Below are positions 1 through 13,679 of a stretch of DNA of 64,000 bases, piece after piece; within the stretch, counting starts at the first letter, position 1, and every line of letters starts with the position of its first letter. The position numbers and the translations under genes were made by a program. Origin of the DNA: Lingula anatina (taxonomy: Eukaryota > Animalia > Brachiopoda). The notes under the pieces were generated by a model, which saw only the letters and a list, made by a program, of their open reading frames with translations, did not search any database and was not told where the DNA came from. The DNA lies in contig CM120643.1 of assembly GCA_051362555.1 (NCBI GenBank), positions 6,324,001 through 6,388,000 on the forward strand, in the 5' to 3' direction.

Positions 1-156
1 AATTGTTTCGAGAGTTGTGTGGTAATTAGGTAACACATCTGGCTACACATGGAGTGACACCTCAGCTTTGGATTTAAAGTAGTTAGAGAGAAATTAAATA
101 TTTTGTAGAAAATTTATTCGCCAAAAAATAATATTCCATATTAAGTGGTAACCCTG
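1..156. mobile_element. Terminal end of a Tc1/mariner-like element that begins left of the window
   Basis: Ends ...aaataatattccatattaagtggtaaccctg|TA. The reverse complement CAGGGTTACCACTTAATATGGAATATTATTTT resembles the TIR of the adjacent Tc1 family and is followed by TA. The other end is not in the window. Confidence 0.5.
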
Positions 157-162
157 TATATA

Positions 163-1823
163 CAGACTTGACATTTAATATGGAATATTTCAGTTTCGAA
201 GGTATGCCTAGGTAAAAATTCGTTCTTTTTTCAAAAAACTCCGATCTCATATAAGATTTGTGAATGGAGAAGTGTGTAGTCAGGTGTGTCGCTACCAATT
301 AACTGACTTCCATGTCTGTTGCGCTGCTACATTATGTAAAATGCGGTGATTTAATTGGGTAGTGTTCCTTTGGGCTGGTCAATGCTTGGCTTAGGCAAAT
401 CTTGGTTCTGTCAAAAAAGTATCCGTATGTCGGCAACTATTCCATAGAAGAATTTGAAATTTTGCATGCAAGCGGTCAGTTTTGCAGTGCGTAAAATGAG
501 CTAATGAGTGCTTTACAAATTTGTAAATTTGTGGCAGAATGGCGCGAAAAAGACAGACATTACCAGACAGATTACAGCGCCAAACGGAACGGTCCGCACA
601 GTTTTATAGAGTAATGCCCAGACTGATGTAACTACACAGAGGTCACACCCAATGCATCGAAATCTTATCTCCAGGGTACAGGACGCACTGTCTTTCGGGA
701 TACGCTGCTGCAACTAAACATTAGCCACCCAGTCTGTTCAGAACGAGGGGTAAATTGCCACCAAAATGCGTTTTTCAAGGCCCTTAACGAGCACCAAACT
801 GGTTTTAGCAGGTTAGAATACCAGATGACCTGCGAGGTACCCACTGTAAACAGCAAAACATCGTCGTCTGTTTCTCTAATGAATTGGGGGCCATGACCGT
901 TTCTGGGTAGAACACTGAAACCGCGTGACTTTCTTTATTGAGGTCAGATTTCACCTGTACCTCCCAGCTAGTCAAAACAGAGTTTACAGACATCCAGAAG
1001 AGGCCTACGACGAAGCATGTACCGCGTGTAAAGTGACACGGGTCATTGACAGCGTTAGTGTTTGGAGTGGATACCACATTGGTGCCAAAACACCAATGGT
1101 AGTCATTGATGAAAACCTGAACCAGATCAAATAAAGGAATAATCTGGGAACCACTTGACTATCATTTGATAGGGGGCACCTTAGGAACAATTTTAGTTTA
1201 CACGGTCAGATTGCCGGTTCACACAGAGCACTTTTAATAGCAGATAACTTACAGAACCAAGGGAATGAGCAGCTACCCTGGTCATCAAAATCGCCACATT
1301 TGAACCGCATAGACAATATGTGGGTAAGCCATTACTCGCCGAATCAACTGCTTACATGCCCTACATCAAAACTGGACCAAATTGGACAATTTTGGACCGA
1401 TGCCTGGAATAATATTCCAGATTGAACTCTAAAAACTTTTCCCAAGGAATGCCTTGCTGCTTGAGAGCGCTGATAACAGACAGAAGAGGCCAGGCGTAAC
1501 AGCGACCGTTACTATGACTACACACTGACATGAGGGTCCATTGTGTAGCGTATAACTCTTTTACAGACGATAATTTTGAAAATATAGAGATCCAAAATAT
1601 CTCTTTTAATGGATGTCGTATGACATAGAATAGGCAATGTATTTCTGTTTGCCTCACTGTCGAATTCAACCAATGAGCTGGTGTCAGCATGACATCAAAG
1701 AGATAATTTAAAGTTATTAAAACTCGATTTTAATCCTTATTTTCATTTATCAGTCAGCAAAATAGCAAAAAACTGATGAAAAATGACTTGGAAAATAATA
1801 TTCCATATTAAATGTCAAGTCTG
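163..1823 (+). mobile_element. Tc1/mariner DNA transposon, defective copy 1 (1661 bp)
   Basis: TIR CAGACTTGACATTTAATATGGAATATT at both ends, TA on both flanks. Degenerate transposase segments FFIEVRFHL, VSVWSGY...TPMVVIDENLN and LPWSSKSPHLNRIDNMW match Tc1 FSDESRF and WPxxSPDLNPIENxW. Confidence 0.95.
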
Positions 1824-4104
1824 TATATTTTTTGTTCTACGTGTATTTTGTGATAACCCTGTAAGAATGTTAGCATGGTTTTATTATGAATTTTCGATAA
1901 AAAAAACTAGTAGAATACTTTAACACAACAAGAAACAAAGATAACTGTGCTGTTTTTAGTGAAGGATTTACGATTTATTACGAGGCGGTCTATCTATACA
2001 GTATTACACTGAAGCTTGGACTTAATAACGAATAACGTTATTATGTCCAAGACTGAAGGCATCCGTAACTGTTTTTGGATTAAAATACTCTAGATTCAGC
2101 AGAATTATCATATCAAAAACACCAAAAAGTGATATCTCAAATCTACCGGAGTAGTGAATTTTTATTTTATTTCCGTTATCAGATTTCACAATTAACTCTT
2201 ATGCCTAGATTACATTAGAAAAGTGTGTCATGCGATGAAATTATATACGTGCGTTTTTTTTAACGTCGTACGGGCTACGGCGAATACGTTTACATTACAG
2301 GGAGGTTAATGTTAATGTTAATGTTAATCAATCGCCAAAAATATTTATTTTATTGCGAAACAGTGTCACTTTTTACACAGATATTAAGGAATCGAATCTC
2401 GAGCTGGACCAACCATTGTACTTCATATCTGCTCATTAATGACAAAATCCCCGCAATACTACTTGTACACAACAAGTAGACTGACCTGTAGGTAGTTGCT
2501 ACAGGTTTACTCAGCCCATGGGTACACAATATTCCTTTAAGGACTTCTTTAAAGACTTCTGCTGCTGCTCCACAGAGACGGAATAAATATAAAACATCGA
2601 TGCATGTATCAGACTATCTCGAAAATAAATAATTTACTAGCATAAAATGGCGATTGTTTTATCTATCATTACTTTTACATTAGAGCGAGCTCGCGGTATT
2701 ATTCTACCGGATTCCTCTGCTGACCAAGAAGTTCTCTTTATAACTTCTTGTGCTGACGAAATCAATACTGGAGACGACGGTTATATTGACGCGGATAAAG
2801 AAATTTTAATTAATTAATTTTAATTAATTTATAAATCCTAACATGAGCTTTAACCTTGGTCATAATTAGTTATTTTGCCCATGCTTTAACTAAATTGTTT
2901 TACTACAGGCAAGAGATACAGTAAACCCGAACAGATGAATAGGTCCAATAGTGCTGTATCATCCTCACCCGTTCTTCTCTTGATGGATGACAGCGCCCTC
3001 CTCGTGAAAAAAAATTGAGTTGTTCTCACAGAAATACGTAAAGCGTGTACTGGGGTTGCCAGACACCTTTTTTTCTAAACCTTCTTCATGCCATTTTCTT
3101 TATTTTTTTTTTCTTTTACAGATCTTGTATCAATGCTCCAACTTGAACATTCCCGGGCCCATCATAATACGTTGATAAAAAACGAATAAAGCAATGAAAG
3201 ATTGGTGAGGGCATTTTCTACAATAAAACACCAACACTAAAAGTAATAATAAAAGATACCGTAATTTCTGTTCATTGTTGTCTTTTTCCCGTCATTCGTT
3301 TTAGTCTAAATCATCATTTTGTGCATTGTCTTCAAATATTCATGAAGCCCAGATTTTGGGAGAGGGGCAACTGCCGCAATGAAGCCCACGTAATCCTCTA
3401 GCTCATTTCATTTACAAGCACACTTACCACATCGTCACCATGATAACAATATAAGCTCTTTCTGTAAAATAGCAAAATTTCTGCCCACATTCAAATGAAT
3501 TTGTAAGAATGAAAACATCAATTGAATAACATGACTATAAACCAATGTTATGAGATATGGTATGTTTAACCTGAAGCTAGGGGATGAACAAGGACAGTGA
3601 GAAGTCGTTCTCTGTAATGGGTTCCTGACCACTCCTCTAGGTCCAACCTTATCAGTAAAATACGTCAGGGGGTGTTCCATGTCAAGTAAGTATCTCGTCT
3701 GTCAAGCTGCAGGCAATTATGACATCAGTGCAAACATTGAATCGCCGAGTAGGAGAAGGGGTTGGGGGCAACGAAAAAATCACTCACTTGAAGTTGGCCA
3801 TCGACTGACTGGGGTCTCGGTCCTCGATGCAATATATCAAGAACTTGTTTATAAATATGTAAGGGGTAAAGAAATGAACAGGGTCCATCATCCTCTTCTC
3901 CGCTAAGAAATGGCGTGGCTGAAAACGTAGGGCGGGTGGGGGAGGGGAATAAGCTCCTATCCCCACCCCCCGCCCCTTCAAATATTTTTCTCAGCCTACT
4001 GTCCTTATCATATAGAAATAAAGAAATACAGTGTTAGGTATGTGTGATGTAAATGGAAATGACTTTTATTTTATTTATTTATTTATTTATTTATTAATTT
4101 TGGA

Positions 4105-4375
4105 AACTTTTAAGGTCAGACTGAAAGAGTGCTTTCTTATGCAAGAATGATAACTTACAGAATATCTCTAAACCGAAATCATAAGAATGGAGATACTCAT
4201 AATAAACGCGTCTGCTTTCTCTGAATTTCGTTATTTGCATCACAAGCTGATGATTAAAAAAAGGTAGACATGAGGACATTTATTGCGAACATAAATTTGT
4301 GTTGTACTAATATGTGAATATAGAGTAGAAACTGAGTATGTCTTTTTACTGGAAGCAACTACACTGGGTTTATTT
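4105..4375 (+). pseudogene. Eroded 3' fragment of a non-LTR retrotransposon ORF2 (RTE-X/CR1-group-like C-terminus)
   Basis: Manual translation through stops: FKVRLKECFL...AFSEFRYLHHKLMIKK...RVETEYVFLLE, matching the FRxSxHKLxIExGR...CxxC..VEDExHFLLxC motif also seen at 17107-17469. Confidence 0.55.
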
Positions 4376-4538
4376 CACAACTCAAATTTTCAGTCAATGC
4401 AGATAAGGAAATGACAGAGCAAGTCAAAGCTGAAATGACACACCAAACGAAACCATTGAATATCGTCACAGAAAAGCAAAGTGCGTATAAAAACGACCAA
4501 TACATTATCTTTAATGTGGTTTTTAATACTTCTAATTA

Positions 4539-6199
4539 CAGACTTGACATTTAATATGGAATATTTCAGTTTCGAAGGTATGCCTAGGTAAAAATGCATT
4601 CTTTTTTCAAAAAAGTCCGATCTCATATAAGATATGTGAATAGAGAAGTGTGTAGTCAGGTGTGTCGTTTCCAATTAACTGAATACCAGGTTTGTTGCGC
4701 TGCTGCATTATGTAATATGCAGTGATTCATCTGGGTAGTGCTCCTTTGGGCTGGTCAAAGCTTGGCTTTGGCAAAGCATGGTTCTGTCAAAAAAGTATCC
4801 ATATGTCGGCAACTACTGCATAGAAGAATTTGAAATTTTGCATGCAAGCGGTCGGGTTTGCAGTGTGTAAAATGAGCTATGCATTGCTTTACAAATTTCT
4901 TAATCTGTGGCAGAATGGCGCGAAAAAGTCCGACATTGCCAGACAGATAATCGCGCCAAAAGAAACGGTCCGCATAGTTTTATAGAGTAATGCCCAGACT
5001 GATATACCTACACAGAGGCCACACCCAATGTATCGATATCTTACCACCAGGGCACAGGACCCACTGTCTTTCGGGATATGCTGTTGCAACTAGACAAAAA
5101 CCACCCAGTCCGTTCAGAATGAGGGGTAAATTGCCACCAAAACGCATTTTTCAAGGCCCTTATCGAACACCAAACTGGTTTTAGCAGGTTAAAATTCCAG
5201 ACGACCTCCGAGGAACCCACTGTAAACAGCAAAACATCGTTGTATGTTTCTCTCATGAACTGGGGACTTTGACCGTTTCTGGGTTGAACACTGAAACCTC
5301 GTGGCTTTATTTATTGAGGTCAGATTTCACCTGTACCGCTCAATTAGTCAAAATAGAGTTTACAGACATCCAGAAGAGGCCAACGACGAAGCGTGTGCGG
5401 CGTCTAAAATGACTAAGATCATTAACAGCGTCAGTATTTGGAGTGGATACCACATTGGTGCCAAAACACCAATGGTAGTCATCGACGAAAACCTGAACCA
5501 GATCAAATAAAGGAATAATCTGGGAACCACTTGACTATCATTTAATAGGGGGCACCTTAGGAACAATTTTAGGTTGTGTGGTGAGATTTCCGGTTCACAC
5601 AGAGCACTTTTAATAGCAGGTTACGTAGAGAACCAAGGGAATAAGCAGCTACCTTGGTCATCAAAATCGCCATTTTTGAACCACATAGACAATATGTGGG
5701 TAGGCCATTACTCGCCAAATCAATGGTCTATATGTCCTACAACAAATCTGGACCAAATTGGACAGATTTTGACCGATGCCTGGAATGTTATTCATGATTG
5801 AACTCTAAAAACCTAACCCAAGGAATGCTTTGCCACTTGAGAGCGCTGGTAGCAGCCAGAAGAAGTCAGGTGTAACAGCAACCGTTACTGTGACTAGACA
5901 CTGACATGAAGGTCCTTTGTGGAGCGTGTAACTCTTTTACAGACAATAATTTGGAAAATATGGAGATCCAAAATATCTCTTTTAATGGTTGTCGTATGAC
6001 ATAGAATAGGCAATGTGTTTTTGTTTACTTCTCTGGCGAATTCCATTAATGAACTGATGTCAAAATGACATCAAAGAGATAATTCAAAGTTATTAAAACA
6101 CGATTTTAATCCTTTTTTTCATTTATCAGTCAGCAAAATAGGAAAAAACTGATGAAAAATGATTTGGAAAAAAATATTCCATATTAAATGTCAAGTCTG
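4539..6199 (+). mobile_element. Tc1/mariner DNA transposon, defective copy 2 (1661 bp)
   Basis: Same TIRs and TA flanks; colinear with copy 1 along its whole length. Confidence 0.95.
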
Positions 6200-9100
6200 T
6201 ATTATCTATTTTGACCTGGGATTTAACATATGTATTACTGCAAACTTAATTCATTATCGTGTATTTATTTATTATTCATCTATTTTCCTCTTGTGGGTAA
6301 TTATCCTGTGCCTTATTTCCTTTTTCTTTCAATCCGGGTCAACACACTTCCATGCCATAGAGTTTCTGTGTACAAGTGCAGCGACCCATTGTGCCATATT
6401 TAACCTCGGCCTCGGGCTGATCACTTAACATGTTGAATTCCACGAGAATTTCAGGGGGGAGGTTCTTGGTGATCGTGTACGCCACAAACTCAACCAACTC
6501 CACACAGTCTCACCACAGCGGTGTGCGGAATCTATCAATCACGAGATGTTAGAGTTCTTTTATTCTACAAAGAAATTGTAGGAGCCGTCCGCACTGGAAA
6601 AATTCCCCCAGGACTGGAATTTGTTAAGGAAATAATAAGAAAATAATAAAGCTTGATGAAAGTATTGATCAAATAGGCCCATGATCATTAATATGAAGCG
6701 TGTTATTATATACAGGTAAAATTTTACAAGGAATTAGCTTCTTAGAAAGAGATAGCTTCTCGATCCTGGACAACGTTTCCACGTGAATTCACAGAGAAAA
6801 AAACATACATCGCCTGCAGGGGCCTCAGGTACGATTACCACTGTTACATGGAACTCTTTTTTCATATAAATGAAATTCATGACGTTTGGACACTTTTGAA
6901 ATAGGTGCATTCAGGACAAAATGTTTCGAGCATTAAAAACATTTTATAATGACACACCGGAGAAATTATAAGATAAATGATCATATCAGCTTCCTGTCAT
7001 TTATCGCTGTCTTCACTAGCACAATATGATGAAATTCATGGACACCGTCACAATCATGTTGAGATAGAGGTCAAATACTGTAGCATTAAAACTGTTGTAA
7101 GTCAACTTCCTCTATTCTCCCGGACCATTACATACCTGTCAACATTGACAATTGCCAGAGAGAAAGATTCCCGCGCACGACCTACATGTAGGTCTCCCAC
7201 CCCGACACACACCCACACACACAAACAATTTTTTTTATACTTTGGAAAGTACCGCCTCGGTAAGAAATGTGTTGTTAGCTGTTTGCTAAGAAAATAGTTT
7301 GACTATACATTTGATGATATAGAAAAATCAAACCGGCAAATCAAGAACTTTATTATATTCCAATTCAAGTCTTTCAATGTTTCAAGAATTTCATCGGCTG
7401 TTTTACAACTTGGTCATACTAACAGCCTGTTTTTATCAATAATTAAAACAAGTTAATATTTGCGCTCCGATATTTCAGTCTTCGTTCTCCGTTATGTGGC
7501 TTTCATCGAGTATTCGGCTTTTTGCACACCTCAGGTAGAGGTGACACTCACGCCCTTAGCCCAACTTTCTATGTTACTGGAACATTTTTGAAATATTGTT
7601 GAGATTTCTTTGTGAAGTCCCAAATATCTCATTTCGAAAAAAAATCATTTTTTAATTAAAAAACTTATCATTCTGTCCTTCAAACCGCAATCTGTACGGT
7701 TCTTTTTATCCCATTACCTATGGGGATAGTTCGGCAGAAGCACTAAATCTCATTCATTAGCACTTCTTATGTTTTCTGATGTATTCTGAATAATTGCACA
7801 AATAGGCCCTAGTGCATAAATGAAAATGTGCAATATTTCGTGCAAGTTGGCAAACATACTTGATGTAATAATAGCCGACGGTTTGTGTAGTTCAAAAATA
7901 GCAAACTTTGACTTCACGTAAATTCTGTCGGCACTTAATGTTCCATCTTTAACTGACAGCGTAGGGATTTTAAGTCGTTTTTTCACGCGCCATTACGTTG
8001 CGTCGCGTTCGTTGTGTGTAAAAACGCTAATTTCAATGAAAAATGCCGATATTTTCTTTCTCTTTTAATTTTTTGAAATTTCAATTTCAAGACATGATAG
8101 ACGAGTATGTAAGCTTAATTTTTTATTCATTGGGGCAACATTTCAGAGGAAGAATTTGATAGAGTAAATCACGCTAAATTATAACGTCACGGTGATTTTC
8201 TAGCATAACAACAGCATAACATTTGCTGGAACTTATTTCAATTTTAGTTCCTTTCGTAGCGTTGACGCTTTGCCAGTTAATTTTCTAGTGTTGCGTTTTT
8301 AGTAATGGCGCTCTTTCTCAATAGACGTCATCTTTGAATTAGAAGTCCATCTTTGTGAATTACTAGAGTTGAAACATACGGTAGTTACATAAGTAGAAAA
8401 GATAAATCATTAATCTGTTGAACAAATACATTTATGGGAATGAAAAGTTGTAAAAGTTTGTATAACCTGGTGTGTTCAAGTTAAAGGACAACAAGTAAAC
8501 ACCCGAACGCAGTCAAAACTCAATTTCCCCGACTTTCCCAAACCTTTTATACCATCATCATACCCTCCCCCCATAATATTTGTGCCGTTTTATTTCATCA
8601 TATTTCCTTTGAATCCAACTTTCTCTATTGAATGGTTCGTCTACATCTAATTTAAACTAAAATATCATAATGTCATTTTCAATGGCTTATTAGGTAATTT
8701 CTTTCTGAACTTTTTATCCCCCCTCCCCGCCTCGAGTTATGTCTTTACTAACACAATGGGGTGGTATTTTGTGGATTCCGTCACAATCATGGTTGAGACA
8801 GCATCAGAATCAAAACACTGCAGTCTCTATCGTAAGGTCTACTTGGTCAAACAACAAAAACTGCTCAGATATTCAAATCAGTGGACCTTATTGAGTCATA
8901 TCTGGAAAGCAAGTGACCTACATAATATTTCAATTTGGGGTTGATAAGGATCTGAAGTTAATTTTCGTCGGGTATTTTTTTAAATATAGGAACACAAACG
9001 TCGTCCAATGTATTTTTAATGTTGTAAAGTTCAAATGAAGTTCCATCCGTAAAATATTGGTGAGAGTTGAAAAGAAAAGGCAGTCACTTCAGCCTGCCAC

Positions 9101-10759
9101 CTCCCCCTACCATGAATGTAATGGGATGGACAGCCTGGAAGGAGACGTCACTGCCTCGGTGCTGAGTGATCAGGAAGTGGAGCAAAGGCGGCTTAGATAT
9201 TAAGTATACGAATATCGTAATTTCAGCCATATCAATATAACGTTTTAAGAAACCAATGTTAGGTATTTGGTGATTTATTTTTGAAAAGCTTAAGAGTGTT
9301 TTTGATCATTTCCCAACATTTTCCCCACGTACCATTTATTTCCTCCTTCACTTCATCTCATCACGTCTCATAAAACAAAGGAAGATGCAGTTGCACTTCA
9401 TGTTCAGTATTTTGACCTTCTTCGGTAGAAATAGTAGTGGCAGTGGAAGTTTACCGTGAGAAATGGCCAAGGAGGGGAAAATTCTGTGAAATGTCTTGTG
9501 AGAGTCTGGCTATTGGCATGTTGATATTTAGTGAGCGGTTGGTAGTGGAATTATAGAATATGACATAGGTATAGTAATAAACGTCCGTTTCCTAAGTAAA
9601 GAACATAATTCAAGTATTAAGGGGATATAGTAATACACTTTCATTTCGAATATTGGCAAGATTCGTAAATTAAGATTTAATATTTCATTTCAATAAAATG
9701 TGTGAGCTAAATTGTAGTTGTATTGATTTCTGTGTGACATGTTATAAGATCAACCATTCAATGCATAGGGGGCGAACTGATGACCCGAAATGCTGTTCTG
9801 AACGGGTTTGAAAACGCTCTGTCCACAGGAATCTTTTTTGTTTTTTTTATCAATATAGCATCAGGAATTTGAGGTGATTTGCTAATTATATGTAACATAT
9901 TTAAAACGTAATGATATATCAGAAAACATGGTCATCAGTTGAAAAATTGCTTTATTGTATTGAAGTATGTTGTATACTATCGTAGTGTTAAGTTTGTCAC
10001 ACGTGACATTTGTGAAATGGTACTATTTGTGGTATTCTTCAGCAAGACAGCAGGGGGTGACTTTCTAGTTTGGATGAGAATAAAGTACGCTAAAATACAC
10101 AAATTTTATGTAATATTCAGCAATTTCACCTAAATCACCAATGAACACATTATCAAATCCATTTATAAATTCTACAAGTCCGGTGTCGAACTCTTAATTT
10201 CTGTTTTTAGTAAACTTCAGTCTCATTCTCTAAATGTACTGAAATAAAAAATGAGACGACTTACGCTCATTGTGTGTCTTTCTTTCAATGTTCAGAAGGA
10301 AAAAAAGGATTATCGTCTCTTGAAATTTGAGTATTTGCTGTCTTGTTGAGTAAGAGATGCCATTTTACGAATCAAGATCGATTATTTTATTTCTCAGGTG
10401 AAGTATGTAGAATTAAGAAATTTCGTTTCTATTTGAGAAAAATCCCTTCTTGAAAAGCTGATTTCGTACATGTAAATACCATTCATATGATGGAAAAGAC
10501 ACTATTTTCGTGTTTTACTTATCTCTGAACGTAGTTCTTACAATTTAAAATATGTACAAGTTTTATCCTGAAATATATGTTTTCTGCCATTAATCAGTTG
10601 AACAAATACATTTATGGGAATGAAAATTGCTTTATTTTCCAAATTTAACTGTTTTCGGCAATTCTGTCTTAACAGCATCATTCTATCGACCAGATGATGC
10701 AGAAATTATTGATGTACATTCGAATTTATTCGAATTTATGTTCAGAAGGTTTTTTTTCG

Positions 10760-10952
10760 AATTGAAAATAGATGTAGGAAATATGAGAAAAATCGTTATC
10801 TGTCCCTTGGATTTTAAGCATGATTTCATGTAAATGTAGTTTGTTTTCTAATTGAAAATGGATGTAGTAGACTATAGGAAATATGAGAAATATCGTGATC
10901 TGCCCATTGGATTTTAGCCCAAATTTCATAAGTGAACATGTAGTTTGTTCTC
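10760..10952. repeat. Imperfect tandem duplication (~90-100 bp, 2 copies)
   Basis: aattgaaaat(a/g)gatgtag...taggaaatatgagaaa...tggatttta...atgtagtttgtt occurs twice in succession. Confidence 0.6.
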
Positions 10953-11244
10953 TAAGTAGTTTTTGCAAGGAATTTTTTTTTATTTCATATTCACTTTACT
11001 ATCTAATGTTCATTAGTCTTTCCAGTTTGTCAATAGCTGTTAGTATAAAAGTTGTATATATATATATTTATATATATATATATTTTATGTAGGACTTTTG
11101 ACACTTTTTTTGCCAAACATAACGAAAGTGCGTATCCGTTTTTTGCTCCCAACAATAAGTGTTTGACTGAAAAAAGCGTGCAATTTTAAACAGAGCATTT
11201 AATAAAAATCTCATAATTGTCATTATTATATAGAAAAAAAAAAA

Positions 11245-11378
11245 CAATGGCGGATCCAGGACATTTTAAAGGGGTCAGATGTTGACATTTGGAGCGAGAT
11301 GGAGTATTTTGAGGACTTGATCATGTGAGTCCAGAATGGGTCTCTCTCCTCGGGGAGGGCGGAGACTAGATCCACCTT
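11245..11378. mobile_element. Short hAT-derived MITE-like relic
   Basis: caatGGCGGATCCAG at the left and CTAGATCCACC at the right form a degenerate inverted terminus; no clear TSD. Confidence 0.35.
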
Positions 11379-11736
11379 TTTATTTTATTTTTTTTTTTTT
11401 TATTGAAGAAGTTGAAATATTTTGTTTTTGTCGTTAAGAACAAACATAAGACCATTAGTGTGGTAAATAGTTTATTTGTCAAGTCGAATATATAAGAATG
11501 TTATATTTTTTACACCTGCAAGTGAATTTAAATGCAGGCATCATAATATTATACTATAATATCATAATATTCTTTTAGATACTAAACGCTTTTTAACTTG
11601 TAGTAATAAAAAGACTGAAGACGATGATATTTTACAGGTATATGTTTTATAAATATTTGAATACATAAAAGCAATTTGTATTGCTCTTAATAAAACACTT
11701 ATTGAATATACAAAATGTCTTAGTGTTTTTACTGAT

Positions 11737-12122
11737 GGCTACATGGCTCAGTGAAAGCCTGGGGTTGGGGTTCGATTCCTGGCTCGGGCACTTTGGAATT
11801 ACAAAGGGGTGCTATTAGAAATTTTATTTGCTTACTATAAGAAGAAAGTCTACCCGGGGACGGTGGGTGGGAACACTTAGAGGAGTAGGTAACGCGCTTG
11901 CCTCTGAGACAGAAGGTCCCCAGTTCGATTCCTGGCGCTTCTAGGTCCCAGCAAATTACCTTTTGTAAAAATAAACCCAAATAAACAATTCAAACTACTA
12001 TAAGAGGATCATACGAATGAGGAAAAACGCGAACTGAGACAGTGGCTCAGTAGGTAAGGCGACAGACTAAGAAGTAGAAAAGGACGAGCTAGGAGTTGAA
12101 AACCAAAGGTTCAAGTCGAGCT
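11737..12122 (+). other. Three tandem degenerate tRNA-like (SINE-head-like) modules
   Basis: A-box/B-box pairs: TGGCTCAGTG...GGTTCGATTCC (11737-11790), TAGAGGAGTAGG...AGTTCGATTCC (11869-11941), TGGCTCAGTAGG...GGTTCAAGTC (~12040-12122). None forms a clean cloverleaf. Confidence 0.55.
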
Positions 12123-12180
12123 GAAGAAAAGAAAGTCAAGAATAAACATGAGACATTTTGCACATCACCTATTACAACTT

Positions 12181-12300
12181 TTATAATAATAATAATCTTT
12201 ATTGGTTCTAGCACAATTTACAAAGGCTATGACCAAACAATTACAACATAGATATCATATATAAATGCTCAGTATGTATACTAAGTGTACTCACTAATGT
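12181..12300 (-). mobile_element. Short 3' tail of a LINE/SINE (AATAAA + (ATT)n)
   Basis: Minus strand reads ccAATAAAgattattattattat, the same tail type as the LINE at 16960-17570. Confidence 0.35.
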
Positions 12301-12470
12301 ACGTTTTTATGTACGTTTATTATAACAAATACAAACAACTACACCATACAGATGTATGCAAATTCCAAACATTACGTTTTGGCTCTACATAAAAAGTAAT
12401 TTTCATAACGACTGCGCAATTTGAGATATAAATTAATCTTAAATACAACTATCTACAACTAAATGTGTGG

Positions 12471-12764
12471 GAGATTATATACATTTTGAATATTGTCGCT
12501 CAAGATCAATCATTTTGGTTTTAAAAAAGTGCTCAAGAACACTGCATTCAAGACGACATAATACTGACCAGAACATGAAATTCTCAGGTTTTTGCCCAGA
12601 GTTAAAAGAGAAAGTTGAAGATTTGACGATGTTTTTTACATCCATCTTTCAAAGTTGAATTTGATGTATTTGTCTTGTGACTGATCCAAAATTTCTCTAG
12701 GGACATTTTTTATCCAAATTCAAGGGTGGTAACAGTATAGAAAATTCAAAATGCATATGATCTC
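12471..12764. mobile_element. MITE-like inverted-repeat element
   Basis: gagattatatacattttgaatatt versus reverse complement of the right end gagatcatatgcattttgaatttt (21/24 match). Confidence 0.5.
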
Positions 12765-13150
12765 ATGTAAGCGTTCTCCCCGCACGCGGGTACACACTCC
12801 TGACCCCACAACTAACTGTATGTCCCCATGCTGATGATCACACACAACACCAAACAGCAGTCAAACATTATTCAGTTCTGTAAATTTAATGAATGCTTTC
12901 TCATAGATAAATAAATATGTTTTTCTTCTCTTTAAATCTTAAAATAGGAACAAATTTATGCGCCGTGCGAATCAAGAACAGCATGAAGACATGGTCAGTT
13001 TACAACCTTATCCTAGTCAATAGTCATTTTATACAATATTACGTAAACAAAATTAAAAAGGTTATGCAAAAACAAGTTTACTTAAAATAACTATACGGTC
13101 ACTTGTGCTCAGTGATTCAGAAACACTCAGCAAAAATAACCCAACAGCAT

Positions 13151-13679
13151 GTGCAGGACTGGCACCTAATCAGGCCTTTTGTTCTCAATCACTCCTTGAT
13201 CCCGACCGAAATATAGAATAAAGAAAGTGCCAAGTACAAGATCAGCATTAAATAAAACACTGAACTTCCTATTTTTTATCAAACTTTTAGCCTTACCAAT
13301 CAAAGTGTCATCTTTCTGATGAAATTTTGATTTTTCACATTTGATTAGACAAATGCCACAAAACAAAGGATTTTAAACAATAATTCAGTAAATTGGCAAT
13401 TAACTGGCCAAATCATACACTAAACTACAATGTACCAAATATAAAAACAAATACGTATGCAGATTTTATGTTAATTCAATAAATATTTTATTTTGTTTTT
13501 AGAGGATTGGCAAAAGTTGACAGTCTACAAAAGTTCGTCAAATTACTAGGAAATACCGATACCCCCTCCCCCCCCCCCCCCCCCACCAAAAAAAAGTTTT
13601 GCGACAACTGTAGTTAACGATAAGAATATGATAAGGATTTTCAAGTTATTAAAGGATACGATAAATGCCAGTCCTGCAC
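13151..13679. mobile_element. MITE-like element with 14-bp perfect inverted termini
   Basis: GTGCAGGACTGGCA (13151) and TGCCAGTCCTGCAC (13666-13679); non-coding interior; no TSD recognised. Confidence 0.5.

Noticed and set aside
2380-2820. Possible Harbinger transposase relic (SVEQQ, HGLSKP, KYNGWSSSRFDS on the minus strand)
   Set aside because: Fragments fall in different frames and are too short to distinguish from chance.
7540-10200. Possible further TTAA-flanked element ends (ttaaaggacaac ~8481, ttaaggggatatag ~9617)
   Set aside because: No matching opposite terminus found by eye.
11737-12122. Functional tRNA genes
   Set aside because: Acceptor and anticodon stems do not pair properly and A-B box spacing is abnormal; kept only as tRNA-derived modules.
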